NCBI GenBank assembly: GCA_030650025.1 | Contig: JAUSEN010000016.1 | Location: forward strand, 9,428-73,427 | Direction of reading: 5' to 3' | From: Candidatus Magasanikiibacteriota bacterium | GTDB lineage: Bacteria; Patescibacteriota; Patescibacteriia; Magasanikbacterales; GWA2-37-8 | DNA: 64,000 nt | Shown: in pieces, positions 1 to 9,343 of the stretch | Numbering within the stretch: the first letter of the stretch is position 1 | Layout of the letters: each line of letters starts with the position of its first letter | Translations under genes and position numbers: made by a program | The notes under the pieces: model-generated | What the model was told of the DNA's origin: nothing | The model's database searches: none | What the model saw: the letters and a program-made list of their open reading frames with translations, nothing else

Positions 1-315
1 TGGCAGGCCATTGACCGCGATCATGCCGTCATAAACATGGGTGCCGCGCGCGCCATGGAAAGGAGTGTCATCGGTTTGGTCAGGGGTCGAGGTATAAGCG
101 GTGATAACGCCTTTATAGATAGCGTCTGGCTTTGGCTCCACATTTAAAAGCCTGGCGCCGGGGTCTTCAGAGATAGTAGTTTCAGTAGTAGAGATATAGT
201 TTACGCTAGAATTAGCCAAACTATAGCCATGATCAGCGGCAATAACAAGCCCGGGCGCTAAAACCTCTAATATTAGCGTAAATATGGTAAAGTATTGAGA
301 TATTTTTTTGGTCAT
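1..315 (-). CDS. 3D-domain (MltA/YocH-like) cell-wall protein, 5'-partial at window edge
   Basis: Minus-strand ORF starting at ATG 315-313 and running off the window. Translation has a signal peptide and the ...GVITAYTSTPDQTDDTPFHGARGTHVYDGMIAVNGLP 3D-domain-like signature. Confidence 0.5.
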   Translation of the reverse strand, partial: MTKKISQYFTIFTLILEVLAPGLVIAADHGYSLANSSVNYISTTETTISEDPGARLLNVEPKPDAIYKGVITAYTSTPDQTDDTPFHGARGTHVYDGMIAVNGLP

Positions 316-481
316 ATTTTTGGTCTTTTTCACCTGCCTGCCGGTAGGCAGGCCTGAATAAAGCGGTGGTTGCAAACTAAAAAGATACTCGACTAGAGTA
401 TCTATTAAATTCGCAACGCATAAGTATACCATAAACAGCCCTTTTTGTCAAGAGTCCGCTGGTGCGTTATAATAGCGTTCT

Positions 482-3352
482 ATGAGATGGCTAGGATTAA
501 AAAGGCGTCCGGCGCGCCGTGTTTATGGCGCTATTGGCACGGGTGTTCCCCAATACAAACGCCGGTTTAAGGCGCCGCGTTTTAAAATTCCGTGGCGGCG
601 GCTTTTGGTTTTGGCTTCGGTGGCCGCGGCCTTTTGTTTTGTGTTTGGCACGGGCGTGGTTTTGTGGGTGAGCCGCGATTTGCCTGACCCTAATAAACTT
701 AAAGAGCGTCAAGTAGCGGAAAGCACTAAGATTTATGACCGCACGGGCACGCATCTTTTATATGAAGTTTACCAAGATCAAAAAAGAACGATTGTGCCGC
801 TCGACCAGATTTCGCCTTTGGTAGTGAAGGCGACAATCGCGGTGGAAGACAAATATTTTTACGAACACAGAGGAATTCGCTTGGTAAGCATCGCGCGGGC
901 GGCGTTTAATAATTTAATCGGCCGTAAGCAGGGCGCGGGCGGAGCCTCCACCATGACACAACAGCTGATTAAGAAAACCGTGGTAGGTGACGAACGCCGC
1001 GGGCTCTCGGGACTGGGCCGTAAAATTAAAGAAGCCATTTTAGCGATTCGTTTGGAACGTAAATATACTAAAGATCAAATTGTTCAGCTTTATTTGAACG
1101 AGATTCCATATGGCTCCACTAACTACGGCGTGGAAGCGGCGGCGCAAACCTATTTTCGCAAAAGCGCCAAAGACGTGACACTAGCGGAAGCCGCCACGCT
1201 CGCCGCCATGATTAACCGCCCGAGTTTTTATTTAAATAATCGAAATGCTTTACGCAATCGCCGCGATGTGGTTTTGCGGCTGATGCAAGAACAGGGGTAT
1301 ATAACTCTTGAGGAGAAAACCAGCGCGCAAAACGAGGCCTTGCGTTTATATAGCGGCGCTAATTTGAAAGATGCTCCGCACTTTGTTTTATATGTTAAAC
1401 AGCTGTTGGCCGACCAGTTTGGCGAAAGCGCGATTGACACCGGCGGCCTACGAGTAATTACCACGCTGGATTATGATAAGCAGAAATTAGCCGAGCAAAT
1501 TATTAAAGAACAAGGCGATAAGTACGCGAAAGAGTCTAACGCGGACAACGCGGCCTTAGTGGCGATAGACCCCCAGAGTGGGCAAATTCTGGCTTTAGTC
1601 GGCTCGCGCGATTATAACGACGATAAGATCGACGGCCAATTTAACGTGGCGGTGTCGGGGCGGCGCCAGCCGGGTTCAAGCTTTAAGCCTTTTGTTTATA
1701 CCTTGGCTTTTCAAAAAGGATATACGCCCGCGACCGTGGTGTATGATGTTCAGACTGACTTTGATTTACGGGATGGGAACCAGGTGTATAGCCCTAAAAA
1801 TTATGATGGGAAGGAACACGGCCTCGTGACATTTCGCTCGGCTTTGCAAGGGTCGCTTAATATTCCCGCGGTAAAAGTGCTGTATTTGGTGGGGCCGACC
1901 ACCACTATTGAGTTTGCCAAAAATTTTGGCTACACCACATTTGGTGATAGTAATTTGTATGGTTTGAGCTTGGTTTTGGGAGGAGCGGAAGTCAATTTAT
2001 TAGAACACACTAATGCTTACGCGACGCTCGCTAATAACGGCGGCCACTTCGCGCCCGAAGTAATTCTAAAAGTCACTAATGTTAAGGGCGAAGTTTTAAA
2101 AGAGTGGCAGGAGAGTGAACCGAGCATCGTAGTGGCGCCCGAGATCGCGGCCACGATTACTAATGTTTTAAGCGATGACGCGGCGCGGGGGTCTCTTTTT
2201 GGCACGCGCGGTAATTTAACTTTGCCAGATCGCGCTGTGGCCGCTAAAACCGGCACGACCAATGATAACAAAGACGCTTGGACGCTGGGGTATGTGCCGA
2301 GTTTGGCGGCGGGCGTTTGGGTTGGGAATACGGCTCCGAAGCCAATGAAAGGCGGAGGCAATGCTTTGGCTGGGAAGATTTGGAATTTATTTATGCGGGG
2401 GGCTTTGGCTTCCACGACGCCAGATCAATTTTTGGCGCCGCCAAGCAACGACGCGACTAAGCCAGCCTTGCGCGGGTATGTGGGCGGAATTAGGCTCCCG
2501 ATTAATAAAATCACAGGTAAGATTGCTATTTCTTCAACACCCGAGGCGCTTATTGAGGCGCGGATATATTTGCCCCAACATGATATTTTGCATTATGTGA
2601 ATAAAGATGACCCGCGTGGCCCGGTGCCGAGCGACCCATACCAGGATGGCCAATACCAGAATTGGGAGAATGCTTTGATTGATTGGGTGAGTCGAGAGGC
2701 GGGGAAGGGACGGCTTATGAGCCTGCAAGATCCGCCTACCGAGTATGATGACAGCACGGCCAATGAATTTTCGCCGACCATAAAAATTTTAGCGCCAACT
2801 AGTAACCAGGTGTTTAACAGCCGCCAGCTTAATATCAGTGTCGCGGCCGGGGCGCCGCGCGGAGTGGCGAGCGTAATTTATTCGCTTGATAGCCAAACCA
2901 TCGGCGAGTCTAAGCAGTACCCATTTAACTTGGATTATTACATGACGGCGTTGCCACCGGGCGAGCATGTGCTTAAAGCGGTCGCGACTGACGAAGAGGG
3001 CGCGGCCGGGAGCGACCAATTGAATTTTTATCTGCGCGCGGATTATGACACGCCGAACTTCGATTGGCTAGACCAGTCGCCGCTTAATTTGACAGCCGAG
3101 GATTTCCCTCGAGCGATGCTTTTGAAGCCATATCAGTGGGATAATATTAAAGATATTCAAATTTATTTAAAAACTGATATAACCGAGAGAGCTATTTTTA
3201 ATTTTAATCATGCCGAGGACAAGGTAGTGAATGGCCAGCTGATGTTTACTTGGCGCAAGAGCCCGGGGTTCGGGAGCCACACTTTGCGGGCGGTTTTGAC
3301 AGATAAAGACGGACGTAAGATTGAAAAGGTGCTCAATATTGAAGTGAAATAA
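482..3352 (+). CDS. class A penicillin-binding protein (transglycosylase/transpeptidase) with long C-terminal extension
   Basis: N-terminal TM segment; glycosyltransferase motifs (EDKYFYEHRGI, RKQGAGGASTMTQQL); transpeptidase SxxK (GSSFKPF) and KTG(T) motifs. About 250 aa of extra C-terminal Ig-like sequence. Confidence 0.9.
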   Translation: MRWLGLKRRPARRVYGAIGTGVPQYKRRFKAPRFKIPWRRLLVLASVAAAFCFVFGTGVVLWVSRDLPDPNKLKERQVAESTKIYDRTGTHLLYEVYQDQKRTIVPLDQISPLVVKATIAVEDKYFYEHRGIRLVSIARAAFNNLIGRKQGAGGASTMTQQLIKKTVVGDERRGLSGLGRKIKEAILAIRLERKYTKDQIVQLYLNEIPYGSTNYGVEAAAQTYFRKSAKDVTLAEAATLAAMINRPSFYLNNRNALRNRRDVVLRLMQEQGYITLEEKTSAQNEALRLYSGANLKDAPHFVLYVKQLLADQFGESAIDTGGLRVITTLDYDKQKLAEQIIKEQGDKYAKESNADNAALVAIDPQSGQILALVGSRDYNDDKIDGQFNVAVSGRRQPGSSFKPFVYTLAFQKGYTPATVVYDVQTDFDLRDGNQVYSPKNYDGKEHGLVTFRSALQGSLNIPAVKVLYLVGPTTTIEFAKNFGYTTFGDSNLYGLSLVLGGAEVNLLEHTNAYATLANNGGHFAPEVILKVTNVKGEVLKEWQESEPSIVVAPEIAATITNVLSDDAARGSLFGTRGNLTLPDRAVAAKTGTTNDNKDAWTLGYVPSLAAGVWVGNTAPKPMKGGGNALAGKIWNLFMRGALASTTPDQFLAPPSNDATKPALRGYVGGIRLPINKITGKIAISSTPEALIEARIYLPQHDILHYVNKDDPRGPVPSDPYQDGQYQNWENALIDWVSREAGKGRLMSLQDPPTEYDDSTANEFSPTIKILAPTSNQVFNSRQLNISVAAGAPRGVASVIYSLDSQTIGESKQYPFNLDYYMTALPPGEHVLKAVATDEEGAAGSDQLNFYLRADYDTPNFDWLDQSPLNLTAEDFPRAMLLKPYQWDNIKDIQIYLKTDITERAIFNFNHAEDKVVNGQLMFTWRKSPGFGSHTLRAVLTDKDGRKIEKVLNIEVK

Positions 3353-3595
3353 GAAATCGTTGGGTTTGGTAACGATCCATTGACAAAATGGGTATTTTAT
3401 GGTATGATAATGCGTTCGAAGGGTTGTTTTTAAGCCTTTCGAATGAAGCTGTAGTTCTTTACAATTTAGACAATTTGACCATTGAAATTAGCAGTTTTCC
3501 TACCGGGAACAAAGTTTTGTAATCATACAAATCTTTTTCCCCGGTAGGACTCGTCTTGAGTTCTCCGTGCGGCTTCCAGCAGGAGGAAGAACGTC

Positions 3596-4510
3596 ATGAC
3601 CAAGACCTGGTTTGAGGGATTCAGCAAGGCGGCCATCTTGGCCGCGACCCTGCTCGTGGGGTTCACGAGCGCGGGGTGCGAGGAGAGGAAGGCTTCTCTC
3701 CTCATCACCATGACCTTCGATCCGTCGGTCTCCGAGGAGACGAGGGTCGAGGTCCGGCAGGTTGGAACGGTTCTCCGCCTCGCCGTGTCCGGCGTCGAGG
3801 AGTTGGCCGGCGATGGCAAGCTCGAGAGCCAGTCGCTCGACACGGACAAGCAGACCCTCCGGTATCGCCCGCTCGTCCAGAGCGGTCGTCTCAACTTCCA
3901 TATGGTGTTTTACAGTGGAAGGGATGTCGCGGTCCCGCTGATCTTCGGGCGGGGAGCGGGCGACATCCAGGCCGGCATCGAAGTGCCGGTCGCGGTCGTC
4001 CTCTTCCCCTGTGCAGGGGATCAAACAAACTGCCCGGGGAAGATTCCGGACAAGAAGTGCACTCGTGACGACGAGTGCAACCCGGGCTTCTCCTGCGATG
4101 TGCCGAGCGGTCGGTGCCTGCAGAAGCAGGACCAGCCGGACGCGGCCGCGCCCGTCGACATGGCCACGCCGCCGGATCTCACCCCGATCCCGGATCTCCA
4201 GATCGAGATCGAGAAGGTCTTCCGGGTGATCAAGGCCGGATCCGCAGTATGTTGCGAGATCCGCGATGTCCGGGGCAATTGGCTCGAGGACATCAAGATC
4301 GCGGACGGAACCGAGATCAAAAACCCTAAGGCGAAGTACTGTTTTCCCTTCGCCAAGGGGCTCGACATCACCGGCCGGTGCAACTTGCCGGAGGCGGTCA
4401 TCGCCCTCGGCCAGGGGCGTGACGGGTGCGTCAAGAAGGGAGGTCGCATCGACACCCCCAGCTTCAACTGGACGGAGGGGGGGATCGCGGACGACTGCAG
4501 TCAGAAGTAG
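3596..4510 (+). CDS. Cys-rich lipoprotein, hypothetical, encoded in a high-GC island
   Basis: Lipobox LVGFTSAGC after a signal peptide; strong SD (caggaggaag) 6 nt upstream. GC of about 65% and GC3-rich codons, unlike the flanking genes. Confidence 0.55.
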   Translation: MTKTWFEGFSKAAILAATLLVGFTSAGCEERKASLLITMTFDPSVSEETRVEVRQVGTVLRLAVSGVEELAGDGKLESQSLDTDKQTLRYRPLVQSGRLNFHMVFYSGRDVAVPLIFGRGAGDIQAGIEVPVAVVLFPCAGDQTNCPGKIPDKKCTRDDECNPGFSCDVPSGRCLQKQDQPDAAAPVDMATPPDLTPIPDLQIEIEKVFRVIKAGSAVCCEIRDVRGNWLEDIKIADGTEIKNPKAKYCFPFAKGLDITGRCNLPEAVIALGQGRDGCVKKGGRIDTPSFNWTEGGIADDCSQK

Positions 4511-4654
4511 CTGGCCCGAACCGCCGCGGGCCGGTCGTAGTAGCCTTCTCGCCTAGTACGTACGAAGAGCGAGAAGACCCCCAAACCTCCTCGCTCCTTA
4601 TGCCCGCAAATATTGTGGTTATAAGGAGTGAGGTTTGGGTGGTAAATTCTAATA

Positions 4655-4690
4655 TTAAAATAACCCGCCTCATCGGCGGGTTATTTTAAT
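4655..4690. terminator. bidirectional intrinsic terminator (aacccgcc-tcat-cggcgggtt + T tract) after ruvB
   Basis: Perfect GC hairpin at 4662-4682 flanked by A and T tracts, lying between convergent genes. Confidence 0.55.
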
Positions 4691-4692
4691 AG

Positions 4693-5736
4693 TTATAATA
4701 GAGTTTGGGCTTGGGGAGCAGGAAAGCCGAGGTGCCGATACGCGGCCGGGGTAGCTTTGCGGCCGCGGGCCGTGCGCTCTAAAAAGCCCATTTGTAATAA
4801 AAATGGTTCGTAGACTGTTTCAATTGTGTCCATTTCTTCGCCAATGGCCGCGGCTAAGGTATTAAGGCCGACCGGGCCGCCCTGAAATTTTTCGATTAAG
4901 GTAGTAAGAAGGCGGCGGTCAATTTCGTCTAAACCAAATTCGTCCACGCCCAGCATACCAAAGGCCTCGCTGGCAATATTTTTAGTAATAGCTCCGGTGC
5001 CTTTAATATCCGCTACGTCACGAATACGTTTAAGAAGGCGGTTAGCAATCCGCGGAGTGCGGCGCGCGCGCGAGGCAATGGCGGCGGCCGCGTCCGGCTC
5101 CAGCGGGGATTGTAAAATTTGCGCGTTGCGGTGAATGATTTTTTCAATGTCAGGGGTTTCGTAAAAATTTAGGTGGTAAGTGTGGCCAAACCGATCGCGC
5201 AGAGGCCCGGAGAGGAGGGAGAGCTTCGTGGTAGCGCCAATAAGCGTAAAACGATTTAGGGGCATGCGGATTGTTCGGGCGGCCGGGCCTTTGCCTAAAA
5301 TAATATCAAGCGAATAATCTTCGAGCGCGGGGTATAGTATTTCTTCGATAGTTTTATTCAAACGGTGGATTTCGTCGATAAACAAAACCTCGCCTTCTTG
5401 GAGGTTAGAGAGAATGGCCGCGAGGTCGCCAATTTTTTCTAGGGCTGGCCCCGAGGTTACTTTAATTCCGGCTTGCATCTCGCGGGCAATAATGTGGGCG
5501 AGCGTGGTTTTGCCAAGGCCCGGGTTGCCGTAGAGAAGAACATGTTCCAGCGGTTCGGACCGTTTTTGGGCGGCGGCAATACTAATACCCAGATTTTGTT
5601 TAATCTGTTCTTGGCCCACAAAATCTTGGAGTTCGCGAGGGCGGAGGGTGACGTCTAAAATTAGCTCGTCAGATTGCTCGGCGGGTTCCACCACACGCTC
5701 CTCATTACTTTCTGGATTTTGATTTTCTTCAGTCAT
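4693..5736 (-). CDS. ruvB: Holliday junction branch migration helicase RuvB
   Basis: Walker A LLYGNPGLGKTTLAHIIA and RuvB-typical N and C domains across the full-length translation. Confidence 0.9.
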   Translation of the reverse strand: MTEENQNPESNEERVVEPAEQSDELILDVTLRPRELQDFVGQEQIKQNLGISIAAAQKRSEPLEHVLLYGNPGLGKTTLAHIIAREMQAGIKVTSGPALEKIGDLAAILSNLQEGEVLFIDEIHRLNKTIEEILYPALEDYSLDIILGKGPAARTIRMPLNRFTLIGATTKLSLLSGPLRDRFGHTYHLNFYETPDIEKIIHRNAQILQSPLEPDAAAAIASRARRTPRIANRLLKRIRDVADIKGTGAITKNIASEAFGMLGVDEFGLDEIDRRLLTTLIEKFQGGPVGLNTLAAAIGEEMDTIETVYEPFLLQMGFLERTARGRKATPAAYRHLGFPAPQAQTLL

Positions 5737-5834
5737 AAATGATATAGTAGTATCAGCTTAACAATAAAATGGTCTTTAGTAAAGATTCACAAGTGAGGCA
5801 GGCAATCGGTATTTGTTAATAAAAAAAAGAAAGT

Positions 5835-6311
5835 ATGAATTTATTTGAACAGCGTGACAACGAATACAGCCAATCGATTAATGCGGAAGGGAGGGAAAGG
5901 CAGGAAGAGCAAAAAGAAAAGCAGGCCGAAGAGGTCGAGAAAAAGATGGCCGCGCGCGAGCGCTTCGAGGTTACTGGCAAGGAAATCAAAAATACCAAAC
6001 AGCAAATCCAAAATATTATTGCCAATATGCAGCAGGTAGTTAAGGCGGTGGCAGCTATCCGGGCCCAGCTTAATATTGCCCACGACGAAGACGATATTCC
6101 CTCGGTCAAGCGCGACCAAGTGGCGCTTAAGGCCTTAGAAAAGAAATTATCGGGTTTGCGTAGCGAGCTGATTGGTTTACGCTCCGCGCTCTTGGCCGAG
6201 GAGTCTAAGGCCATAGCCGCTGCCCACCCGGCCCTTGAGGCCAGCGAGGTTATGCGCATAGCCGAGGGCCGTGTTACCGAGTTGTTTGCCCAGTTTGGTT
6301 TGGTGGAGTAA
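5835..6311 (+). CDS. hypothetical coiled-coil protein
   Basis: Charged, heptad-like composition in the 158-aa ORF; no recognizable catalytic motif. Confidence 0.4.
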   Translation: MNLFEQRDNEYSQSINAEGRERQEEQKEKQAEEVEKKMAARERFEVTGKEIKNTKQQIQNIIANMQQVVKAVAAIRAQLNIAHDEDDIPSVKRDQVALKALEKKLSGLRSELIGLRSALLAEESKAIAAAHPALEASEVMRIAEGRVTELFAQFGLVE

Positions 6312-6323
6312 AATATCAGTATT

Positions 6324-6515
6324 ATGAACCCTAATACTATTTATCATTGTGATGGCGGTTGCGCGGCGCTTGCGGCTGCGCCCACCACGTGTGCCTCGCC
6401 TGGCTGCCCGGGTTATGGCGAAGCACTTGGTGCGTATATACAATGCAGTCGGTGTGTAGCGGCCCACGAACGGGATCAAAAAATGCACTGGTGCGAACAG
6501 TGCGAACAAGTTTAA
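6324..6515 (+). CDS. small Cys-rich (zinc-ribbon-like) protein
   Basis: 63 aa with about 10 Cys arranged as CxxGC ... CxxC ... CxxC pairs. Confidence 0.35.
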   Translation: MNPNTIYHCDGGCAALAAAPTTCASPGCPGYGEALGAYIQCSRCVAAHERDQKMHWCEQCEQV

Positions 6516-6540
6516 TTTATACACTATCTTTGAGAAAAAT

Positions 6541-6579
6541 AAAAATTGGTCCCGACGTTGCATCGGGACCAATTTTTTG
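6541..6579. terminator. bidirectional intrinsic terminator
   Basis: aaaaattggtcccga-cgttgca-tcgggaccaatttttt: a 15-bp perfect stem with A tract 5' and T tract 3', sitting between the small ORF and the tRNA-Leu. Confidence 0.65.
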
Positions 6580-6581
6580 TG

Positions 6582-6663
6582 TGCCCAGAGCGGGGGTCGA
6601 ACCCGCATGCCTTACGGCACAGGATTTTAAGTCCTGCGTGTATACCAGTTTCACCACCTGGGC
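6582..6663 (-). tRNA. tRNA-Leu(UAA), type II
   Basis: Manual fold of the reverse complement: acceptor gcccagg/cctgggc, anticodon stem cagga/tcctg, loop cTTAAaa, long variable arm, T arm gggttcgacccc; CCA not encoded. Confidence 0.8.
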
Positions 6664-6672
6664 AAGTTTTAT

Positions 6673-7062
6673 TTAATTCAAATCGGGCCGACGTTTAATG
6701 GCCTTAGCGAGTTTTTTATCAAAGGTAATTACTGGATAGAAACTAGAGAGAAATAATAGGGCCGCGTCTACAAAGGATAAGCCCGGGTGGGGGGATTGAT
6801 AGTAGAATTTTACGAGTTTTGTGAATATTTCTTCATCCGCGCTCCAGAGACGCGCCCCCGTTGCATTCAACCCGCGCTCAATAAACAGATTAGCGGTGGC
6901 CTTGCCACGATTTTGCGTAAGCACGGTGCACACTTCCGCGATTACGAATTGAGGGAGAAATATATCGTCTTTTATATCAGCCACCGTAATTTCCGCGGCG
7001 CGGTGTTGTGAGTCTTCTTCGTTGAAGAGCGCTACCCAGACACTGGAATCAAGGATCGTCAT
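6673..7062 (-). CDS. vapC: PIN-domain toxin VapC
   Basis: 129 aa. N-terminal MTILDSSVWVA... is typical of PIN domains; acidic residues are spaced as in VapC; the ORF overlaps the upstream antitoxin gene by 4 bp. Confidence 0.75.
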   Translation of the reverse strand: MTILDSSVWVALFNEEDSQHRAAEITVADIKDDIFLPQFVIAEVCTVLTQNRGKATANLFIERGLNATGARLWSADEEIFTKLVKFYYQSPHPGLSFVDAALLFLSSFYPVITFDKKLAKAIKRRPDLN

Positions 7063-7298
7063 ACGCCGTAAACGATTTTATCTATATTTTTGCTCAAGTT
7101 TGGGTCGCCGCCCTTAAAACGGATGGCGAATAAATCGTTTAGGGTGTATTTTTTGCGGTTAGGCGTCGCCACTGGCTCAATGCGAAAAATCGGTTTGGAG
7201 TATTTTACAACCGTAAAAGATTGGCCGCGCGCCGTTGCCCGAGCAATGCCGTGCAGATCGCGATATAATTTTTTGACGCCGATGATGGTTGGTTCCAT
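7059..7298 (-). CDS. Phd/YefM-type antitoxin
   Basis: 79 aa; the pattern KKLYRDLHGIARATARGQSFTVVKYSKPIFRIEPV resembles Phd/YefM; it is translationally coupled to the PIN toxin. Confidence 0.6.
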   Translation of the reverse strand: MEPTIIGVKKLYRDLHGIARATARGQSFTVVKYSKPIFRIEPVATPNRKKYTLNDLFAIRFKGGDPNLSKNIDKIVYGV

Positions 7299-7478
7299 AA
7301 TAAGTAAGCTTGAAATTATAAAAAGGTTAAATTTAAGTCTAACTTTAGTTTAACTTATTATGTTATTATTGTCAACCCCCTCGATTTTGCTCGGGGTTGA
7401 CCTTGAGTGGAATCGAAAGGTCAAGGCCGAGCCTCTGGCTAATAGCCAGGCCGCGCTCCAATATGGTATACTGCTGGT

Positions 7479-9275
7479 ATGCATAATAGGGGGCAGAATG
7501 GTTTTAGCTTAGTTGAAGTCATCGTGGCGGTGGCCGTGTTTGTGCTGTTTGCTCTTGGGGTTTACGGCGCGATAAATAGTATTTTGGTGATAGCGCGCGA
7601 GTCGCGCCTTAAAGTTGCTGTGGCTGGCGTGTTAAGCCAGCAAATGGAAATAATTCGTAGCGTGCCATATGACAGCGTCGGGACAATTAATGGCCTACCG
7701 AGCGGGGTGCTTTCAGCTACTTCTACGATTACCGATGGCGGCTTGGTTTTTAATGTCATTACTACAGTTAGTTTTACGGATGATGCCTTTGATGGAACCG
7801 CGACCAGTACACCCGCTGACACCAACCCGGCGGATTATAAAGTGGTGACCGTGGCAGTTAGGTGCGCCTTTTGCGTAAGCCAACAGCCAGCGGTGGGGCG
7901 CACGTTCGTGGCTCCTCCGGTTTTCGAGGGAGCGCCCGAGACCGGGTCGCTCTTTATTCATGTGGTGGACGCGGAAGGCTGGCCAGTACCTGGCGCCAGC
8001 ATCAGTATCAGAAATGATTTTGTTAATCCGCCAGTCGCTGTTGACGCGGTGACGGACATGGACGGCTGGTATACGCTATTAAGCGCTCCGACCAGCACTC
8101 TTGGCTATAATATTACTACCACTAAAAGTGGTTATTCGCTGGATTATACAGCGGCCTCTTCTACAAACAACCCCGCGCCCACCAAATTGCCGGCCAGCGT
8201 TAGTGTGGGGGCGGCCACGACCATCAGTTTCGCGATTGATTTAACAGCGACTCTAAATGTTAAGACAGTGGACAATGTCTGCGCGGGGGTTAGCGCCGTG
8301 CCTTTTGCGCTCTCTGGCCAGAAGTTGATTGGTTCTTTGCCAATGGTTTATAAATTTTATCAAGATTTTACTACTGATGGCGGTGGCGACAAAACTTTCA
8401 GCGCGCTCGAGTGGGATAATTATTCCATAATGTTAAATAGCGCTAATTATGACGTGGCGGGCACGGTGCCGCTTCTGCCTTTCCCACTTTTACCGGGGGC
8501 AGCGCAGAACGCTACGGTCGTAGTGGCTCCGCATTCTAATAATTCTTTATTGGTAATTGTTAAGGACGCGGTAACGGGGTTGCCGTTGGCGGACGCCACG
8601 GCCAGGCTAACTAAGTCTGGTTACGACCAATCCCTAGTGACTGGCCTTGGGTTTGTGGGGCAAACGGATTGGTCGCTCGGGAGCGGGCAAGAAAGTTTTG
8701 CCAACGCGCAAAAATATTTTTCGGATAGCGGCAGCTTGAATGTGGCCGGATCACCGGGCGATGTGGTGCTTAAATCGAGCGGAAATAATTCTTTTTTATC
8801 GTCCGGGTGGCTCGAATCCTCTACGTTTGACGCGCATACCAGCGACATTGCTTACGCTCATTTATATATAACGCCCACGGCGCAACCGCATAAAGCGGGA
8901 GCGACCCCGCTTCAGTTTCAGCTGGCCACGAGCAATTCGAGCTCGCCGGCGGTGTGGAATTTTTTGGGTTCAGATGGTTCAGCCAATACTTTTTATACCG
9001 CTACGAATACGGTGATAACATCGCTCCACAACGACCAACGTTATTTGCGTTACCGCGCCTTTTTGTCCACTGTTGATAATAAGTATACGCCCATACTCTC
9101 GGATTTTTATTATACATTCACGAGCAGTTGTACGCCTCCGGGCCAGGCATTTTTTACTAATTTAGCGGCCGCCACCTACACTTTGACTGTTTCTAAAACC
9201 GGGTATCAAACTAACAGCGGCTCTTTGAATATAGTGGGCAATGGGCAGGCGGTAGTTAATTTATCGCCCAGCTAG
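7479..9275 (+). CDS. large type IV pilin-like protein (prepilin leader MHNRGQNG|FSLVEV)
   Basis: Class III signal peptide with G|FSLVEV and a hydrophobic alpha-1 helix, followed by about 560 aa of Thr/Ser-rich beta-rich sequence. An extended -10 (tggtatact) lies at about 7455-7463. Confidence 0.75.
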   Translation: MHNRGQNGFSLVEVIVAVAVFVLFALGVYGAINSILVIARESRLKVAVAGVLSQQMEIIRSVPYDSVGTINGLPSGVLSATSTITDGGLVFNVITTVSFTDDAFDGTATSTPADTNPADYKVVTVAVRCAFCVSQQPAVGRTFVAPPVFEGAPETGSLFIHVVDAEGWPVPGASISIRNDFVNPPVAVDAVTDMDGWYTLLSAPTSTLGYNITTTKSGYSLDYTAASSTNNPAPTKLPASVSVGAATTISFAIDLTATLNVKTVDNVCAGVSAVPFALSGQKLIGSLPMVYKFYQDFTTDGGGDKTFSALEWDNYSIMLNSANYDVAGTVPLLPFPLLPGAAQNATVVVAPHSNNSLLVIVKDAVTGLPLADATARLTKSGYDQSLVTGLGFVGQTDWSLGSGQESFANAQKYFSDSGSLNVAGSPGDVVLKSSGNNSFLSSGWLESSTFDAHTSDIAYAHLYITPTAQPHKAGATPLQFQLATSNSSSPAVWNFLGSDGSANTFYTATNTVITSLHNDQRYLRYRAFLSTVDNKYTPILSDFYYTFTSSCTPPGQAFFTNLAAATYTLTVSKTGYQTNSGSLNIVGNGQAVVNLSPS

Positions 9276-9343
9276 CAGCCGCGCTTCAAAGGTCGTTCGC
9301 GACATCGCGAGAGACACTGCGCGGCATGATTTTGTCAAATCAT

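Noticed and set aside
3500-4556. Multiple overlapping ORFs on both strands in the high-GC island (174, 123, 130, 148, 84, 96 aa)
   Set aside because: This is the classic artefact of high GC (few stop codons); only the SD-led lipoprotein frame has a coherent signal peptide and non-repetitive sequence.
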